A DNA stretch of 64,000 nucleotides from an uncultured delta proteobacterium (GCA_963845515.1 CAWJSR010000058.1:32001-96000); one strand, 5' to 3'. Shown: positions 41,051 to 52,124, counted from the first letter of the stretch. Program-made: numbers and translations. The notes: generated by a model from the sequence alone, not told the origin.

Positions 41051-42072
41051 GGTGTCCCTTCCAACTCGAACCCCTCCGCGCCCACAGGGAAGTGAAGGTC
41101 GATGAGCCGCGCCACGTCGGCCGCGGTCTCGAGCCGGTCGGCGTCGCGGCGGAAGTGGGCGCCGCCGCGCCTGCCGCGCGTATACCAGAGCACGTGCTTT
41201 CGCAGCTCGCGAACCGCGTGGCGCTCCACCTCGAGGTCGACCTCGTCGGGCCGCTGCCGGCGCCGGTGCCCGATCTGATGGTGGACGTGGAGCAGGACCA
41301 CCTCGGCCCACTCGTCGCGCGACGGCGGCGGCGGGATGGGCAGCCCCAGCTCGTGCGCCCGCAGCTCGCGGAAGATCCACGGGTTCCCCATCGCGCCGCG
41401 GGCCACGAGCACCGCGTCGCAGCCGGTCTCGGCTCGCATCCGCAGCGCGTCGGCGGCGGTCCAGACGTCGCCCGAGCCGAGGACCGGGATCGAGACGGCC
41501 CGCTTGACGTCGCCGATCAGCTCCCAGCGCGCGTGCCCCGAGTAGCCCTGAGCGCGCGTCCGGCCATGGAGGGCGACCGCCGCGGCGCCCGCCTGCTCCG
41601 CGGCGCGCGCGACGTCTACCGCGTTGACGCTCACGTCGTCCCAGCCGGTCCTGATCTTGACGGTGACGGGCACGGGGACGGCAGCCACCACCGCGCGAAC
41701 CGCCGCCTCGACGAGCCGTGGATCGCGTCCCATCGAAGCGCCGGCCCCGGAGCCGCACACCTTTCGGACCGGGCAGGCCATGTTGATGTCGATGATGCCC
41801 GCCCCCTGCTGCATCGCGACCTCGGCGCCGCGCGCGAGGATCCCGGGGTCGCCCGCGAAGATCTGGACCGCGAACGGGCTCTCCTCGGGATCGCGGTCGA
41901 GGTAGCTCGCCGTCTGCTCCGTCCCGTAGACGAGCCCGTGGGCGGAGACCATCTCCGTGTACGCGAAGCTCGCCCCCATCGCGCGGCAGATGGCGCGGAA
42001 AGGGCGGTCCGACACGCCGGCGAGTGGCGCGAGGAAGAAGCGTCCGGGGAAGCGGTGAGGTCCGATCTGCAT
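41047..42072 (-). CDS. dusB: tRNA dihydrouridine synthase DusB
   Basis: LAPLAGVSDRPFR, IDINMACP, VTVKIRTGW, HGRTRAQGY, ARGAMGNPWIF. Confidence 0.95.
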   Translation of the reverse strand: MQIGPHRFPGRFFLAPLAGVSDRPFRAICRAMGASFAYTEMVSAHGLVYGTEQTASYLDRDPEESPFAVQIFAGDPGILARGAEVAMQQGAGIIDINMACPVRKVCGSGAGASMGRDPRLVEAAVRAVVAAVPVPVTVKIRTGWDDVSVNAVDVARAAEQAGAAAVALHGRTRAQGYSGHARWELIGDVKRAVSIPVLGSGDVWTAADALRMRAETGCDAVLVARGAMGNPWIFRELRAHELGLPIPPPPSRDEWAEVVLLHVHHQIGHRRRQRPDEVDLEVERHAVRELRKHVLWYTRGRRGGAHFRRDADRLETAADVARLIDLHFPVGAEGFELEGTP

Positions 42073-42222
42073 TGAAAGCCGACGGCGCACGGTGTAGCAC
42101 GGCCTCGGTCGCCGGGCGAAGCTGCCGCCCCTCCTCCCTCCAAGGTGGTGGTCGCCCCTCAGGAAAGGGATAGCCAGCGATTTCACTTCGGCGCCCGGCG
42201 CCGCTATCTTGGCACGAACCCG

Positions 42223-43869
42223 ATGACCCGACCCACGCTCGCCGCAGCCATCCTCGCCTCGCTCCTGCCGATCGCCTCCGGCGCCAGCACCGGGCTCGAC
42301 TCGCCTGGCCTCGCCGACCTCCCTGCGGCCAGCTTCGCGCCGATGGAGGCACCAGCCCTCGACGCCACGCTCTCCTCCCTCTGCGATCTGCTCGAGGAGA
42401 AGGACGCGACGACGCCTGCCGCGCAGGCGGCGACCGCCGAGAGCGAAGACGATCCCGAGGTGAAGGAGGAGGTCGACGCCGAGAGCGCCGAGCTCGAGGA
42501 CGCGAAGGAGGCGGCCGAGGCCGCGGGCGTCGGCGAGTTACCCCCCGCCGCCGTGGTGCAGGGCGCGGCGAGCGGGCACGCCGACGACGAGCGGATCCCG
42601 CTCCTGCCGGAGCTCGATCACGGGCTGGCGAAGCTGCAGGCCGAGTTCGACATCCCGATCGACGTGAACGACGCGGTCGTCCAGTGGGTCCGCTTCTTCC
42701 AGCACCCGCGGATGCGCCAGCACTTCGTGAAGTGGCTCTCCCGCTACTACCGCTACGAGGGGCGCTACCGCGAGATCCTGAAGGCGGAGGGGGTCCCCGA
42801 GGACATCGTCTTCCTCGCGATGATCGAGAGCGGCTTCGCCAACTTCGCGTACAGCCGCGCGCGCGCCTCCGGCCCGTGGCAGTTCATCGGCCCGACCGGG
42901 AAGATGTTCGGCCTCCAGCAGGACTTCTGGGTCGACGAGCGGCGCGATCCCGACAAGGCTGCCCACGCGGCGGCCCGATACCTGAAGTTGCTGCGCGAGC
43001 AGACCGGCGACTGGCGGCTCGCGTGGGCGGGCTACAACGCCGGCGTGGGGCGCATCTACCGCGCCCAGCGGAAGGGCGTGAACGACTTCTGGGAGATGAC
43101 GAAGGGCAAGCACCTCCGAAAGGAGACGAGGGGCTACGTGCCGAAGCTCATGGCCGCCGCCATCGTCACGAAGCACCGCGACGTCTTCGGCTTCGGCGAC
43201 GAGGTCGAGAAGCTCTCCTGGATCGAAACGGACGAGGTGCAGCTCAACGGCTCGGTGCTCCTCGACGTGGTGGCCAGCGCGGCCGACGTGGCGAAGCGCG
43301 ACCTCATGGAGCTGAACCCCGAGCTGCGCCGCGCCGTGACGCCGCCGCGCCCCTTCACGCTGAAGCTGCCGAAGGGCTCGGCCGAGACCTTCGCGCAGAA
43401 CTGGCCCGCGCTGGAGGGGAAGGCGCGCGCCAACTTCGCGGGCCACGTGGTCCGGCGCGGTGACACGGTCGGCTCAATCGCGCTCAAGTTCGGGACGCAG
43501 GTCGAGGGGATCATGCAGCTGAACGGGCTCGCGTCTGCCCGGCGGCTGCGCATCGGGCAGGAGCTGCTCATCCCGGTGCAGCGCGGCGGCGGGCGCGGCG
43601 AGGCGCGGGTCGCCGGGAAGGTCGGCCCGGTCCGGCCCGCTGCGAAGCTCGCCGGGACGCCGATCATGGAGCCGGCCGGCTACCGGCCCCCGCCCGCGCC
43701 GATCAGCGGCGTCCGCCACGTCGTCCAGGACGGCGACACGCTCTGGTCCATCTCGCAACGGCTCGGCGTCGACCTCGACACGCTCTGCCGCTGGAACGGC
43801 ATCCGCAACCCGCGCCGCTTCACGCTTCGTATCGGAACCGAGCTGGTCGTGAAGTCGCAGGGCGGGTAG
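42223..43869 (+). CDS. Lytic transglycosylase with two LysM domains (MltD-like)
   Basis: LAMIESGF, ASGPWQFI, VDERRDP, AGYNAG, ETRGYVPK; HVVRRGDT and HVVQDGDTLW. Confidence 0.92.
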   Translation: MTRPTLAAAILASLLPIASGASTGLDSPGLADLPAASFAPMEAPALDATLSSLCDLLEEKDATTPAAQAATAESEDDPEVKEEVDAESAELEDAKEAAEAAGVGELPPAAVVQGAASGHADDERIPLLPELDHGLAKLQAEFDIPIDVNDAVVQWVRFFQHPRMRQHFVKWLSRYYRYEGRYREILKAEGVPEDIVFLAMIESGFANFAYSRARASGPWQFIGPTGKMFGLQQDFWVDERRDPDKAAHAAARYLKLLREQTGDWRLAWAGYNAGVGRIYRAQRKGVNDFWEMTKGKHLRKETRGYVPKLMAAAIVTKHRDVFGFGDEVEKLSWIETDEVQLNGSVLLDVVASAADVAKRDLMELNPELRRAVTPPRPFTLKLPKGSAETFAQNWPALEGKARANFAGHVVRRGDTVGSIALKFGTQVEGIMQLNGLASARRLRIGQELLIPVQRGGGRGEARVAGKVGPVRPAAKLAGTPIMEPAGYRPPPAPISGVRHVVQDGDTLWSISQRLGVDLDTLCRWNGIRNPRRFTLRIGTELVVKSQGG

Positions 43870-43954
43870 GGAAATGGATGCCGGTGGCGCGCTGAAGGCG
43901 TATCAGGATTCGCCCCGGGGACCGCGCCGCGTCGGCGGTCGCATGGGGGAATCG

Positions 43955-44545
43955 ATGGCCAACGGGCATCGGGTCAAGGGGACGCTCCTCGTCTCGCGAG
44001 GATGAAGTACCTGCGCGTGCAGGGCGCAGCGTGTGTCGTGCGCTCGGTGCTCTCGACCGGCTGCCGGCGCGCCGACCGGGAGCTGCTCGACGGGCTTGAT
44101 GCTCCTGCCGTCGCTCTGGTACCCGGCGGAGCGTGCATGGACCGGCTCGACAACGCGATCGCCACGTCGCTCGCCAACGGGCAGCGCGGTCGGCGATCCT
44201 GCTCGACGTCGGCCAGTTCTCCGCCGACCTCAACCTGGGGCCGTCGGGCGTGCTGCTGACGCGTGGGTCCGCGAGAACGATCCCCACGGCGCTGCTCCGC
44301 GAGGTGCCGCGCATCCACGCGTCGCTCAGCACGGCGCGGGCCGCAGCGCGGTCTACCAGCGGGTCGGCGCGCGCTCCGCCGTCGTTCGCTCCGTCCGGAA
44401 GCGACGGCGCGCGAAGGGCAACGACTGCCTCACCACGGTCGGGCTGGCTCAGGCAGCGCGATCGAGCTGTGCGGGCGGCCGCGACGTCGCAGGTGATGGA
44501 GGCGCTCCTGCCTCGCCACGCGGCGCCAGCTGCTGCGAGTACTGC
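43955..44545 (+). pseudogene. Second TIGR02265-like gene, multiply frameshifted and 3'-truncated
   Basis: MANGHRVKGTLLVSR / MKYLRVQG / LMLLPSLWYPA / VGQFSADLNLGP / NDCLTTVGWL / RGASCCEY align with 18498..19139. Confidence 0.75.
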
Positions 44546-46965
44546 CGTCGTTCACCGTGAAGGTGAAGCTGTCCGCTCCGTTGGAGTTGGCGGATGGCGT
44601 GTAGGTCACGTTCGGCGCGGTGCCGCTGAGCGTGCCATTCGCGGGTTGCGAAACGACCGTATAGGTCAACGCGCTGTTCTCCACGTCGGTGCCGGCGAGC
44701 GTGATCGGCAGGGCGGTGTCTTCGGCGGTGGTGACGCTTTGTGCGACTGCCACCGGAGTATCGTTGGCGGCTGTGACGGTGATCGAGACCGTCGCAAGCG
44801 CGGAGTCCACCGTGCCGTCGTTCACCGCGTATCGAGGCCATCGTAGACCACCAGGAAGCTTCCCGGACCGGACGAGGCGACCGCCACGTTCTGTTCATCA
44901 GGCGGCGCGCCGCTGACGAGAAGGCCGCCTGCATCGCGCCCTGCGCCGAGGCCGGTCACCCGCGCGCCGTAGACGTCGTGGGGCGTCCCTCCGCGGTTGT
45001 CCTGCCAGACCACGAGGCAGTTGGTCCCGTCCCACGCCACGTCGGGACGGGCCTGGTTCTTCGTGGCGGTGGAGATCGCGATTCCCTCAGCGTCGAGGAT
45101 TGCTCCGTCCATCCCGCTCACCCGGGCGCCGTAGATGTCGTCTGACGTGCCGCTCCGCCCGTCCTGCCACACCACCAGGTAGTCGACGCCGGCCCAGGCG
45201 ACCGCCGGGGAGGCCTGGCCTCTCGTGGCCGTCGAGACTGCGATGCCGGCCTGGTCGAGGACCGTCGCAACGGTGATCCCGTCGACCCGCGCGGCGTAGA
45301 TGTCGTCGTAGGCGCCGTTCCGATAGTCCTGCCAGACCACCAGGTAGATTCGAGGCCATCGTGATGGCGAACCCCGAGCCATCCAGCACGCTGGCGTCCG
45401 TTCCCCTCACCCGCGTGCCGTTGACGTCCCAGGAGACCCCGCTCCGGTAATCCTCCCAGACCACCAGGTAGGTGCCCCGGCCCAGGCCAGCGCCGGCCAG
45501 CCCTGGTCGCTGGACGCCGCCGAGATCGCGAACCCGGTCGCGTCGAGGGTCGCACCGTCCGCGCCCGAGACGCGCGCTCCGAAGACATCGAAGTCCGTTC
45601 CGTTTCGGGAGTCCTTCCAGACCACGAGGTAGTTCGTCCCGTCCCACGCCACCGCGGGGGACAGCTGATGACCGGTCCCCGTCGAGATGGCGAAGTCGCC
45701 CTTGTCCGGGACGAACGCGCCCGCGCTCGTCAACAGCGCGCCGCGCACGTCCCACTCGACGCTGCCGCGGCGGTCCTGCCACGCCACCAGGTAGTTCGCC
45801 CCATCCCACGCCACCGCGGGGTACTCCTGGGCGTTCACCGCCGCCGAGATCACGATCCCGGCCGCGTCAAGGAGCGTGCCGTCCGTCCCCCCTATCCGCG
45901 CACCGTAGATGTCGTAGCTCCCCCCGCTCCGGTAGTCCTGCCAGGCACCCACCAGGTAGTTCGTGCCGTCCCAGGCGACCGCGGGGTTGTACTGGTCTCG
46001 TCCCGCGGTCGAGATGGCGATGCCGTTCGCGTCCAGGACCGCACCATGCGTCCCGCTCACCCTCGCGCCGTAGATGTCGTAGGTCGTGCCCCGGTTGTCC
46101 AGTCCAACGACCAGGTAGCTCGCCCCGTTCCACGCCACCGCAGGGGTAGTACTGCTGATTGGCCGCCCGCGAGATGGCGATCCCCACGGGGTCCAGCACC
46201 AGGTGTCCCATCAGAACCCCGAACCCGCGCGCCGTAGAGGTCGTAGGACGCGCAGCACGCCCGTCCTGCCAGAGCGCCCAGGTAGTTCGTCCCGTCCCAC
46301 GCCACCGCGGGGGACTCCTGGGAGCCCACGGCCGTCGAGATCGCGATCCCGCCGACCTCCAGGACCGTTCCATCCGCAGCATTCACCCGCGCCAGCGCTC
46401 CCCCGCGCTCCACCCGCGATGGCGCGAACCTCACGCCGCTCCCCACCACCTCTTCCCGTCTGCGTGACATCCGCGCGTCCAGCTCGGCGGGATCCGTCGG
46501 CATCGACCCGAGCGGCGCCTCCGCTCCGGCGGGACGTGCGTCCGGGTGATTGATTGGGGTCACCTCCAGCTCGCCGCCGTCGTGCAGCACGGTCTCGTAC
46601 GTCGTGTGGCCGCCGCGCCACTCCCCGTCCCGCTGCCGGAAGGCGAAGTGGACCTGCCCGATGATCGCACCGAGGTCGATCGTCGCCGCGGGCCCCTGCC
46701 CGGCCAGGGATCCGCCAGGGCCGGGGCTCGCCGGTCCACCGGGCACGTACCCGCCACCAGCACGCCCGGATGCTCCGGCCACGCCGCGCGACGCTCCCGC
46801 GACGTTCGAACTCGCGAACGACGCCCGATCCTTCGCGCCGCTCCCGAAGAGCACGACCGCAAGCACCAGGAGCGCCGCGCCGACCGCGAGGACCCCACGG
46901 CCCTTCGTCTCCCCGACGGGCGAGCTCGTCGCACTCCTCACGCACGGCTCATCGTGTTCGAACAC
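44545..46965 (-). pseudogene. Disrupted myxobacterial surface protein: about ten ~57-aa propeller-like repeats plus an Ig/cadherin-like repeat
   Basis: N-terminal TM segment; repeats of PAVAWDGTNYLVVWQD..DIYGARV..VLD..GIAISTA; then NDTPVAVAQSVTTAEDT..DSFTFTVNDG; several frameshifts and abrupt joins. Confidence 0.8.
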
Positions 46966-47163
46966 GTGTCTCCCCCTTGGCACGCGAGATTGCCGGAGCC
47001 GAACAGGCAAGCGAGCGTCCGCTGGATGCGGTCCGGTCGCGGACTCTTCCAGACGGGGAGTGACACCGCAAGCGCGCAGATGCCACAGCTCATGGGCGAG
47101 CCGCCCCTCCCGCCCCCGCCCTTCCCGGTCTACATTCCGGGGTTCACGCGGGAGGCGGACGGG

Positions 47164-48153
47164 ATGAACAGCGAGATCGGGGCGATCGCGGAGGAGGTGA
47201 ACGCCCAGTCGGCCTTCGTCGACCGGCTCGTCGACGAGACGGGCAGGGTGATCGTCGGCCAGCGCTACATGGTCGAGCGGGTCCTCATCGGGCTCCTCGG
47301 CAGCGGCCACGTGCTGCTCGAGGGGGTGCCCGGGCTCGCGAAGACGCTGGCCGTCCGGACGATCGCCGACGCCATCGAGGCGAGCTACAGCCGGATCCAG
47401 TTCACCCCGGACCTGCTCCCGGCCGACGTGGTCGGCACGCAGATCTACGATCCGAAGAGCCAGTCCTTCTTCCCGAAGCAGGGGCCGGTCTTCGCCAACA
47501 TCGTGCTCGCGGACGAGATGAACCGTGCGCCCGCGAAGGTCCAGTCGGCGCTCCTCGAGGCGATGCAGGAGCGGCAGGTGACGCTCGGCGACAAGACCTT
47601 CGCGCTGCCCGACCCGTTCATCGTCCTCGCGACGCAGAACCCGATCGAGCAGGAGGGGACCTACCCGCTCCCCGAGGCGCAGATCGACCGCTTCATGCTC
47701 AAGGTGAAGGTGGGCTACCCGACCCGCGAGGAGGAGCGGCTCATCATGGACCGGATGGCGGTGGCCGCGCCGCCACGCGCGAGGAAGGTGGTCTCGACGG
47801 CGGACCTCGCCGCGGCGCGCGCGGTCGTCCACAGGATCTACGTCGACGACAAGGTGAAGGACTACGTCGTGGCCCTCGTCTTCGCGACGCGCGATCCGCG
47901 CGCAGCCGGGCTCGCCGACCTCGCGCCCCTCGTGGAGTGGGGCGCGTCGCCGCGCGCCACCCTCTACCTCTCCCTCGCGGCGCGCGCCCACGCCTTCCTG
48001 CGCCACCGGGCCTTCGTGACGCCCGAGGACGTGAAGGCGATCGCGCACGACGTGCTGCGCCACCGGATCACGCTCACCTACGAGGCGGAGGCCGAGGAGA
48101 TCACGCCCGAGAAGGTGATCTCGCGGGTGCTGGACAGGGTCGAGGTGCCGTGA
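47164..48153 (+). CDS. moxR: MoxR family AAA+ ATPase
   Basis: LLEGVPGLAKT, RIQFTPDLLPAD, LADEMNRAPAKVQSALLEAM, ATQNPIEQEGTYPLPEAQIDRF. Confidence 0.96.
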   Translation: MNSEIGAIAEEVNAQSAFVDRLVDETGRVIVGQRYMVERVLIGLLGSGHVLLEGVPGLAKTLAVRTIADAIEASYSRIQFTPDLLPADVVGTQIYDPKSQSFFPKQGPVFANIVLADEMNRAPAKVQSALLEAMQERQVTLGDKTFALPDPFIVLATQNPIEQEGTYPLPEAQIDRFMLKVKVGYPTREEERLIMDRMAVAAPPRARKVVSTADLAAARAVVHRIYVDDKVKDYVVALVFATRDPRAAGLADLAPLVEWGASPRATLYLSLAARAHAFLRHRAFVTPEDVKAIAHDVLRHRITLTYEAEAEEITPEKVISRVLDRVEVP

Positions 48154-49103
48154 CATCCCCCTCACCCCTGCCCTCTCCCCCAACGGCCTGGGGGAGAGGG
48201 TTTGCCCAGCGGATCCGCCGCATCGAGATCGCCACGAAGCGGGCGGTCCAGGACCGGCTGCAGGGGCAGTACCACTCCGTCTTCAAGGGGCGGGGGATGT
48301 CCTTCAGCGACGTCCGCGCCTACACGCCGGGCGACGAGGTGCGCGCCATCGACTGGAACGTCACCGCCCGGACCGGCCACCTCCACGTGAAGCGGTTCGT
48401 GGAGGAGCGCGAGCTCACGGTGATGGTCCTCGCGGACCTCTCCGGCTCCACGGACTTCGGCTCGCGCGACCGGACCAAGGCGGAGGTGGCCGCCGAGATC
48501 GCCGCTCTCCTCGCCTTCAGCGCCGTCGCCAACGGCGACCGCGTCGGGCTGCTCCTCTTCACCGACCGGGTCGAGCGGTTCGTCCCGCCGCGCAAGGGGC
48601 GGCGCCACGCCCTGAGGCTCGTCTCGGAGATCCTGCGCTTCCGCCCCGAGGGGCGCGGCACGTCCATCGCGGCGCCGCTCGAGTTCCTCAGGCGCGCGCT
48701 CAAGCGGAGCGCGGTCGCGTTCCTGCTCTCCGACTTCCAGGAGGGCGGGGCGGCTGCTCCGCCGGGCGACGGGCGACCGCTCGGCTTCGAGCGTGCCCTC
48801 AGGGTCGCAGCGAGCAAGCACGATCTGGTCCCCATTCGGCTCGGCGACCGGCTGGAGTCCGCGCTGCCGCCGTACGGCCTCGCCTGGATCGAGGACCCCG
48901 AGACCGGCGAGACGATCCGGATCGACCTCTCTGACGGAGGCGGGCGGCGGCGCTACGAGGCTGCGCTGCGCGCCGGGGACGATCGGCTGCGGAGGCTCTT
49001 CGCCAGGCTCGACCTCGACGCAGCGCAGGTGAGCGCCGACGACGCCGACTACGTCACCCCGCTCGCCGCCTTCTTCAAGGCGCGCGCGAGGAGGCGCTCG
49101 TGA
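48150..49103 (+). CDS. DUF58 domain protein
   Basis: YHSVFKGRGMSFSDVRAYTPGDEVRAIDWNVTAR, FVEERE, LLSDF. Confidence 0.93.
   Translation: MTSPSPLPSPPTAWGRGFAQRIRRIEIATKRAVQDRLQGQYHSVFKGRGMSFSDVRAYTPGDEVRAIDWNVTARTGHLHVKRFVEERELTVMVLADLSGSTDFGSRDRTKAEVAAEIAALLAFSAVANGDRVGLLLFTDRVERFVPPRKGRRHALRLVSEILRFRPEGRGTSIAAPLEFLRRALKRSAVAFLLSDFQEGGAAAPPGDGRPLGFERALRVAASKHDLVPIRLGDRLESALPPYGLAWIEDPETGETIRIDLSDGGGRRRYEAALRAGDDRLRRLFARLDLDAAQVSADDADYVTPLAAFFKARARRRS
48157..48200 (-). repeat. REP-like element (inverted) in the DUF58 N-terminus
   Basis: CCCCCTCACCCCTGCCCTCTCCCCCAACGGCCTGGGGGAGAGGG, read as SPSPLPSPPTAWGRG. Confidence 0.8.
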
Positions 49104-50038
49104 GGGGCGTCTCGACGTTGCTCGCGCTGCTCGCCTCGGCTCCCGGCGCACCGGCGGCCGACCCCGCCGCCCCACCACCCTCCGAGCCATCGGTCCGGGT
49201 ACGGCTCGACAAGCGGGAGGTGCGGCTGGGCGAGCCCTTCGAGCTGACGGTCGAGATCCGGCACGGCTCCGCGGAGCGATACTCGCTCCCTGCCGCGCTC
49301 ACCATGGAGCCCTTCCGCTTCCTCGGCGGAGGCTGCCCCCGCCGCGAGGAGGGGGGGACGGCGGTCACGACCTGCGCGCTGCGTCTGGCACTCTTCGATC
49401 TGGGGGCGCACGACCTGCCCGAGCTGCGGCTGCGCGCAGAGACCCCCGAGGGTGGGCGAGAGCTGCGCGTCCCGGGCCCCACCGTCAGCGGCGCCGGCGT
49501 CCTCGACCCAGCCACTCCGCCGGGCTCGCTGGCGCTGAAGGACCTCGCGCCGCCCGCGCCGCTCCACGTGCCGAACTGGCCCCTCGGGGCCGGGCTCCTC
49601 GCCGCCACGCTCCTTGGGGCCGCTGCCTGGTGGAGCCTGCTCGCCTGGCGCCGGCGCGCGGCGCTCGTGGAGGAGCGACCGCCGCTCCCACCCCACGAGC
49701 GCTTCTCGAGGCAGCTGGCGGCGCTGGAGGAGGGACGCCTCCCGGGCCTGGCCCACTTCTCCCGGCTCTCCGGCCACGTGCGCGAGTACCTCGGCGCCAT
49801 CACCGGCCAGAACGCCCTCGACCTGACGAGCGCGGAGCTGCTCGCGCGCCTCTCCTTCCAGCCCGATCCGCGGCTCGACCTGGACGCGCTCCGCGCGTTC
49901 CTCGGGTCGGCCGACCTGGTGAAGTTCGCCCGCGCCCCGGCGAGCGCCGCCGAGGTCGTCGAGGCCATGGCGTTCGCGCGAGCGCTCCTCGAGCGCACGC
50001 GGCCGCGCTCACCCGCCGCCCCGCGGGAGGCCCGGTGA
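49100..50038 (+). CDS. Bat-operon membrane protein (DUF4381-like)
   Basis: Signal peptide, Ig-like N-terminus, TM segment, LSGHVREYL..ALDLTSAEL..ADLVKFA. Confidence 0.8.
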   Translation: MRGVSTLLALLASAPGAPAADPAAPPPSEPSVRVRLDKREVRLGEPFELTVEIRHGSAERYSLPAALTMEPFRFLGGGCPRREEGGTAVTTCALRLALFDLGAHDLPELRLRAETPEGGRELRVPGPTVSGAGVLDPATPPGSLALKDLAPPAPLHVPNWPLGAGLLAATLLGAAAWWSLLAWRRRAALVEERPPLPPHERFSRQLAALEEGRLPGLAHFSRLSGHVREYLGAITGQNALDLTSAELLARLSFQPDPRLDLDALRAFLGSADLVKFARAPASAAEVVEAMAFARALLERTRPRSPAAPREAR

Positions 50039-51051
50039 GCGGCGCCGAGAGCCTCCACCTGGCGCGTCCCTGGGCCCTGCTCCTCCTCGCGGCCGTCCCG
50101 CTCGCCATCGCGGTGCTGCGGCTGGAGCGGCGCCGCGTCCCGCGGCTGCGCCACCCGCGGGCCGCGCTCCTCGCCTCGACGTGGCGGAGCCCCCTCGCCC
50201 GCGTGGCGTGGCTGCCTGAGGGGCTGGTCGTCCTCGCCCTGGCCCTGGCGGCCCTCGCGCTCGCGCGGCCGCAGGGGCGCGAGCGCAAGGCCGGTGACGC
50301 GGCGGTCGAAGGGATCGACATCGTCATCGCGCTCGACCTCTCCACGTCCATGCGCGCGGCCGACTTCGAGCCGGAGAACCGGCTCCACGTCGCCAAGGAG
50401 GTGCTGAAGGACTTCGTGGGGCGCCGCCGGACGGACCGGATCGGCCTCGTCGTCTTCGCCGGTGACGCCTGGACGCAGGCGCCGCTGACCCTGGACCAGG
50501 GGATCCTGCGCGACCTCGTCGACCGGCTCCGCTTCGGGGTCATCGAGGACGGGACGGCGATCGGCAACGCCATCGCCACGGCGGTGAACCGGCTGCGCGA
50601 GTCGGAGGCGCGCAGCAAGGTGATCATCCTGATGACGGACGGGGACAACAACGCCGGCCAGATCTCGCCACTCGAGGCGGCCGGGATGTCGAAGGCGCTC
50701 GGGATTCGCGTCTTCCCGATCCTGGTCGGCAAGGGCGGGCTCGTCCCCTATCCGGTCGGCGTCGACCTCTTCGGGGAGACGGTCTGGGAGCGGCGCGAGT
50801 TCCCCATCAACCCGGCGCTGCTGCGGCAGATCGCGGAGACGACCGGCGGCGCCTACGCCAACGCCACCGATCGCGAGACGCTGGAGCACGGGCTCCAGAC
50901 CGTCCTCGACCGCATGGAGAAGACCCGCGTCTTCGAGCTCGGTGGAGGCAGCCGCACCCGCGAGCTCTTCCCCGTGCCACTCCTCGCTGCCTTCTGGCTC
51001 GCCGCCGCCGCGATCGCGCTCCGCCTCTGGCGCTTCCGGAGCTTCCCGTGA
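50035..51051 (+). CDS. batA: VWA domain protein BatA
   Basis: LARPQ, GIDIVIALDLSTSM, DRIGLVVFAG, DGTAIGNAI, MTDGDNNAG. Confidence 0.9.
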   Translation: MSGAESLHLARPWALLLLAAVPLAIAVLRLERRRVPRLRHPRAALLASTWRSPLARVAWLPEGLVVLALALAALALARPQGRERKAGDAAVEGIDIVIALDLSTSMRAADFEPENRLHVAKEVLKDFVGRRRTDRIGLVVFAGDAWTQAPLTLDQGILRDLVDRLRFGVIEDGTAIGNAIATAVNRLRESEARSKVIILMTDGDNNAGQISPLEAAGMSKALGIRVFPILVGKGGLVPYPVGVDLFGETVWERREFPINPALLRQIAETTGGAYANATDRETLEHGLQTVLDRMEKTRVFELGGGSRTRELFPVPLLAAFWLAAAAIALRLWRFRSFP

Positions 51052-52124
51052 CCCAGCTCTCCCTGCTCGGGTACGCCATCCGGCTCGCTGCCCCCCAGCG
51101 TCTCTGGCTCCTCGCCGCCGTCGCCCTCCTCGGCGCCCTGGCGGTCCGCTCGCTCCTGCGCAGGCGGCGCGCGCTCCGGGAGGCCTGCGGCGCGCTCGCC
51201 GGGCGCATGGCCCCCGAGGCGAACCTCTCCCGCCCCGCCGCCCGCCTCTCCCTCTCGCTGTCCGGCCTCGCGCTCCTCGCGGTCGCCCTCGCGCAGCCGC
51301 AGTGCGGCACGCGGACCGAGCTCTCCAGCCGCTACGGCGCCGACGTGGTCGTGGTGCTCGACGTCTCCCGCTCGATGGAGGCGCGGGACGTCCGCCCCAG
51401 CCGGCTGGAGCGCGCCCGGCTCGAGGTGGGAGCGCTGCTGGAGCGGCTGAAGGGTGACCGCGTCGGCGTCGTGGTCTTCGCCGGCGAGGCCTTCGTCCAG
51501 TGCCCGCTCACGACCGACTACGAGGCCGCGCGCCTGTTCCTGCGCTCCGTCGGTCCCGGCTCGGTGCCGCAGCAGGGGACCGCCCTGGCGAACGCGCTGC
51601 TCGGCGCGAAGGAGCTGCTCGACGGCGCGGAGCGCGGCTCCCGCAGCAGGGTGGTCCTGCTCGTCTCGGACGGCGAGGACCACGACGGCAAGGTGCTCGA
51701 CGCCGTCGCGAGCGCTCGCCGACGCCGGCGTCAGGGTGCACGCGCTCGCAGTGGGGACGACCGAAGGGGCGCCGATCCCGATCGTCGACGACCGCGGAGA
51801 GGTGACTGGCTGGCGCCGCGACAGGCACGGGAAGACGGTCACGACACGGCTCGACGAGACGACGCTGAGGCTCGTGGCCGACCGCGGCGGGGGACGCCTC
51901 TTCTTCGTCGGCGACGCCGGCCGCGGGCTCGACGCCCTCGTCGCCGCGCTCGACGAGCTGGAGCGGAGCGAGCTGGGCGAGCGGATCACCGTGACCTACG
52001 AGGACCGTTACGCGGTCGCGGCCTTCCCGGGCTTCCTGCTCCTCCTCGCGGGGCTGCTCCTCCGCGAGGCCAGCCCGTCGAGTCGCCGCCTCTCCCCCGC
52101 CCCCGCGGGGGAGGCGCGCGATAG
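51048..52124 (+). CDS. batB: VWA domain protein BatB (frameshift near 51710; 3' end uncertain, possibly fused to the TPR gene)
   Basis: LAQPQCG, VLDVSRSM, GDRVGVVVFAGEAFVQCPLTTD, SDGEDH; continues as VGTTEGAPIP..YEDRY in another frame. Confidence 0.82.
   Translation: MTQLSLLGYAIRLAAPQRLWLLAAVALLGALAVRSLLRRRRALREACGALAGRMAPEANLSRPAARLSLSLSGLALLAVALAQPQCGTRTELSSRYGADVVVVLDVSRSMEARDVRPSRLERARLEVGALLERLKGDRVGVVVFAGEAFVQCPLTTDYEAARLFLRSVGPGSVPQQGTALANALLGAKELLDGAERGSRSRVVLLVSDGEDHDGKVLDAVASARRRRRQGARARSGDDRRGADPDRRRPRRGDWLAPRQAREDGHDTARRDDAEARGRPRRGTPLLRRRRRPRARRPRRRARRAGAERAGRADHRDLRGPLRGRGLPGLPAPPRGAAPPRGQPVESPPLPRPRGGGAR

Noticed and set aside
44822..46400. Regularly spaced DNA repeats suggesting a CRISPR or DGR array
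   Set aside because: They are degenerate ~170-bp protein-coding repeats; no cas or reverse transcriptase gene is in the window
46978..46994. TGGCACGCGAGATTGC sigma54-like site upstream of moxR
   Set aside because: GG-to-GC spacing is one base too long; it could be an indel error but cannot be supported as read
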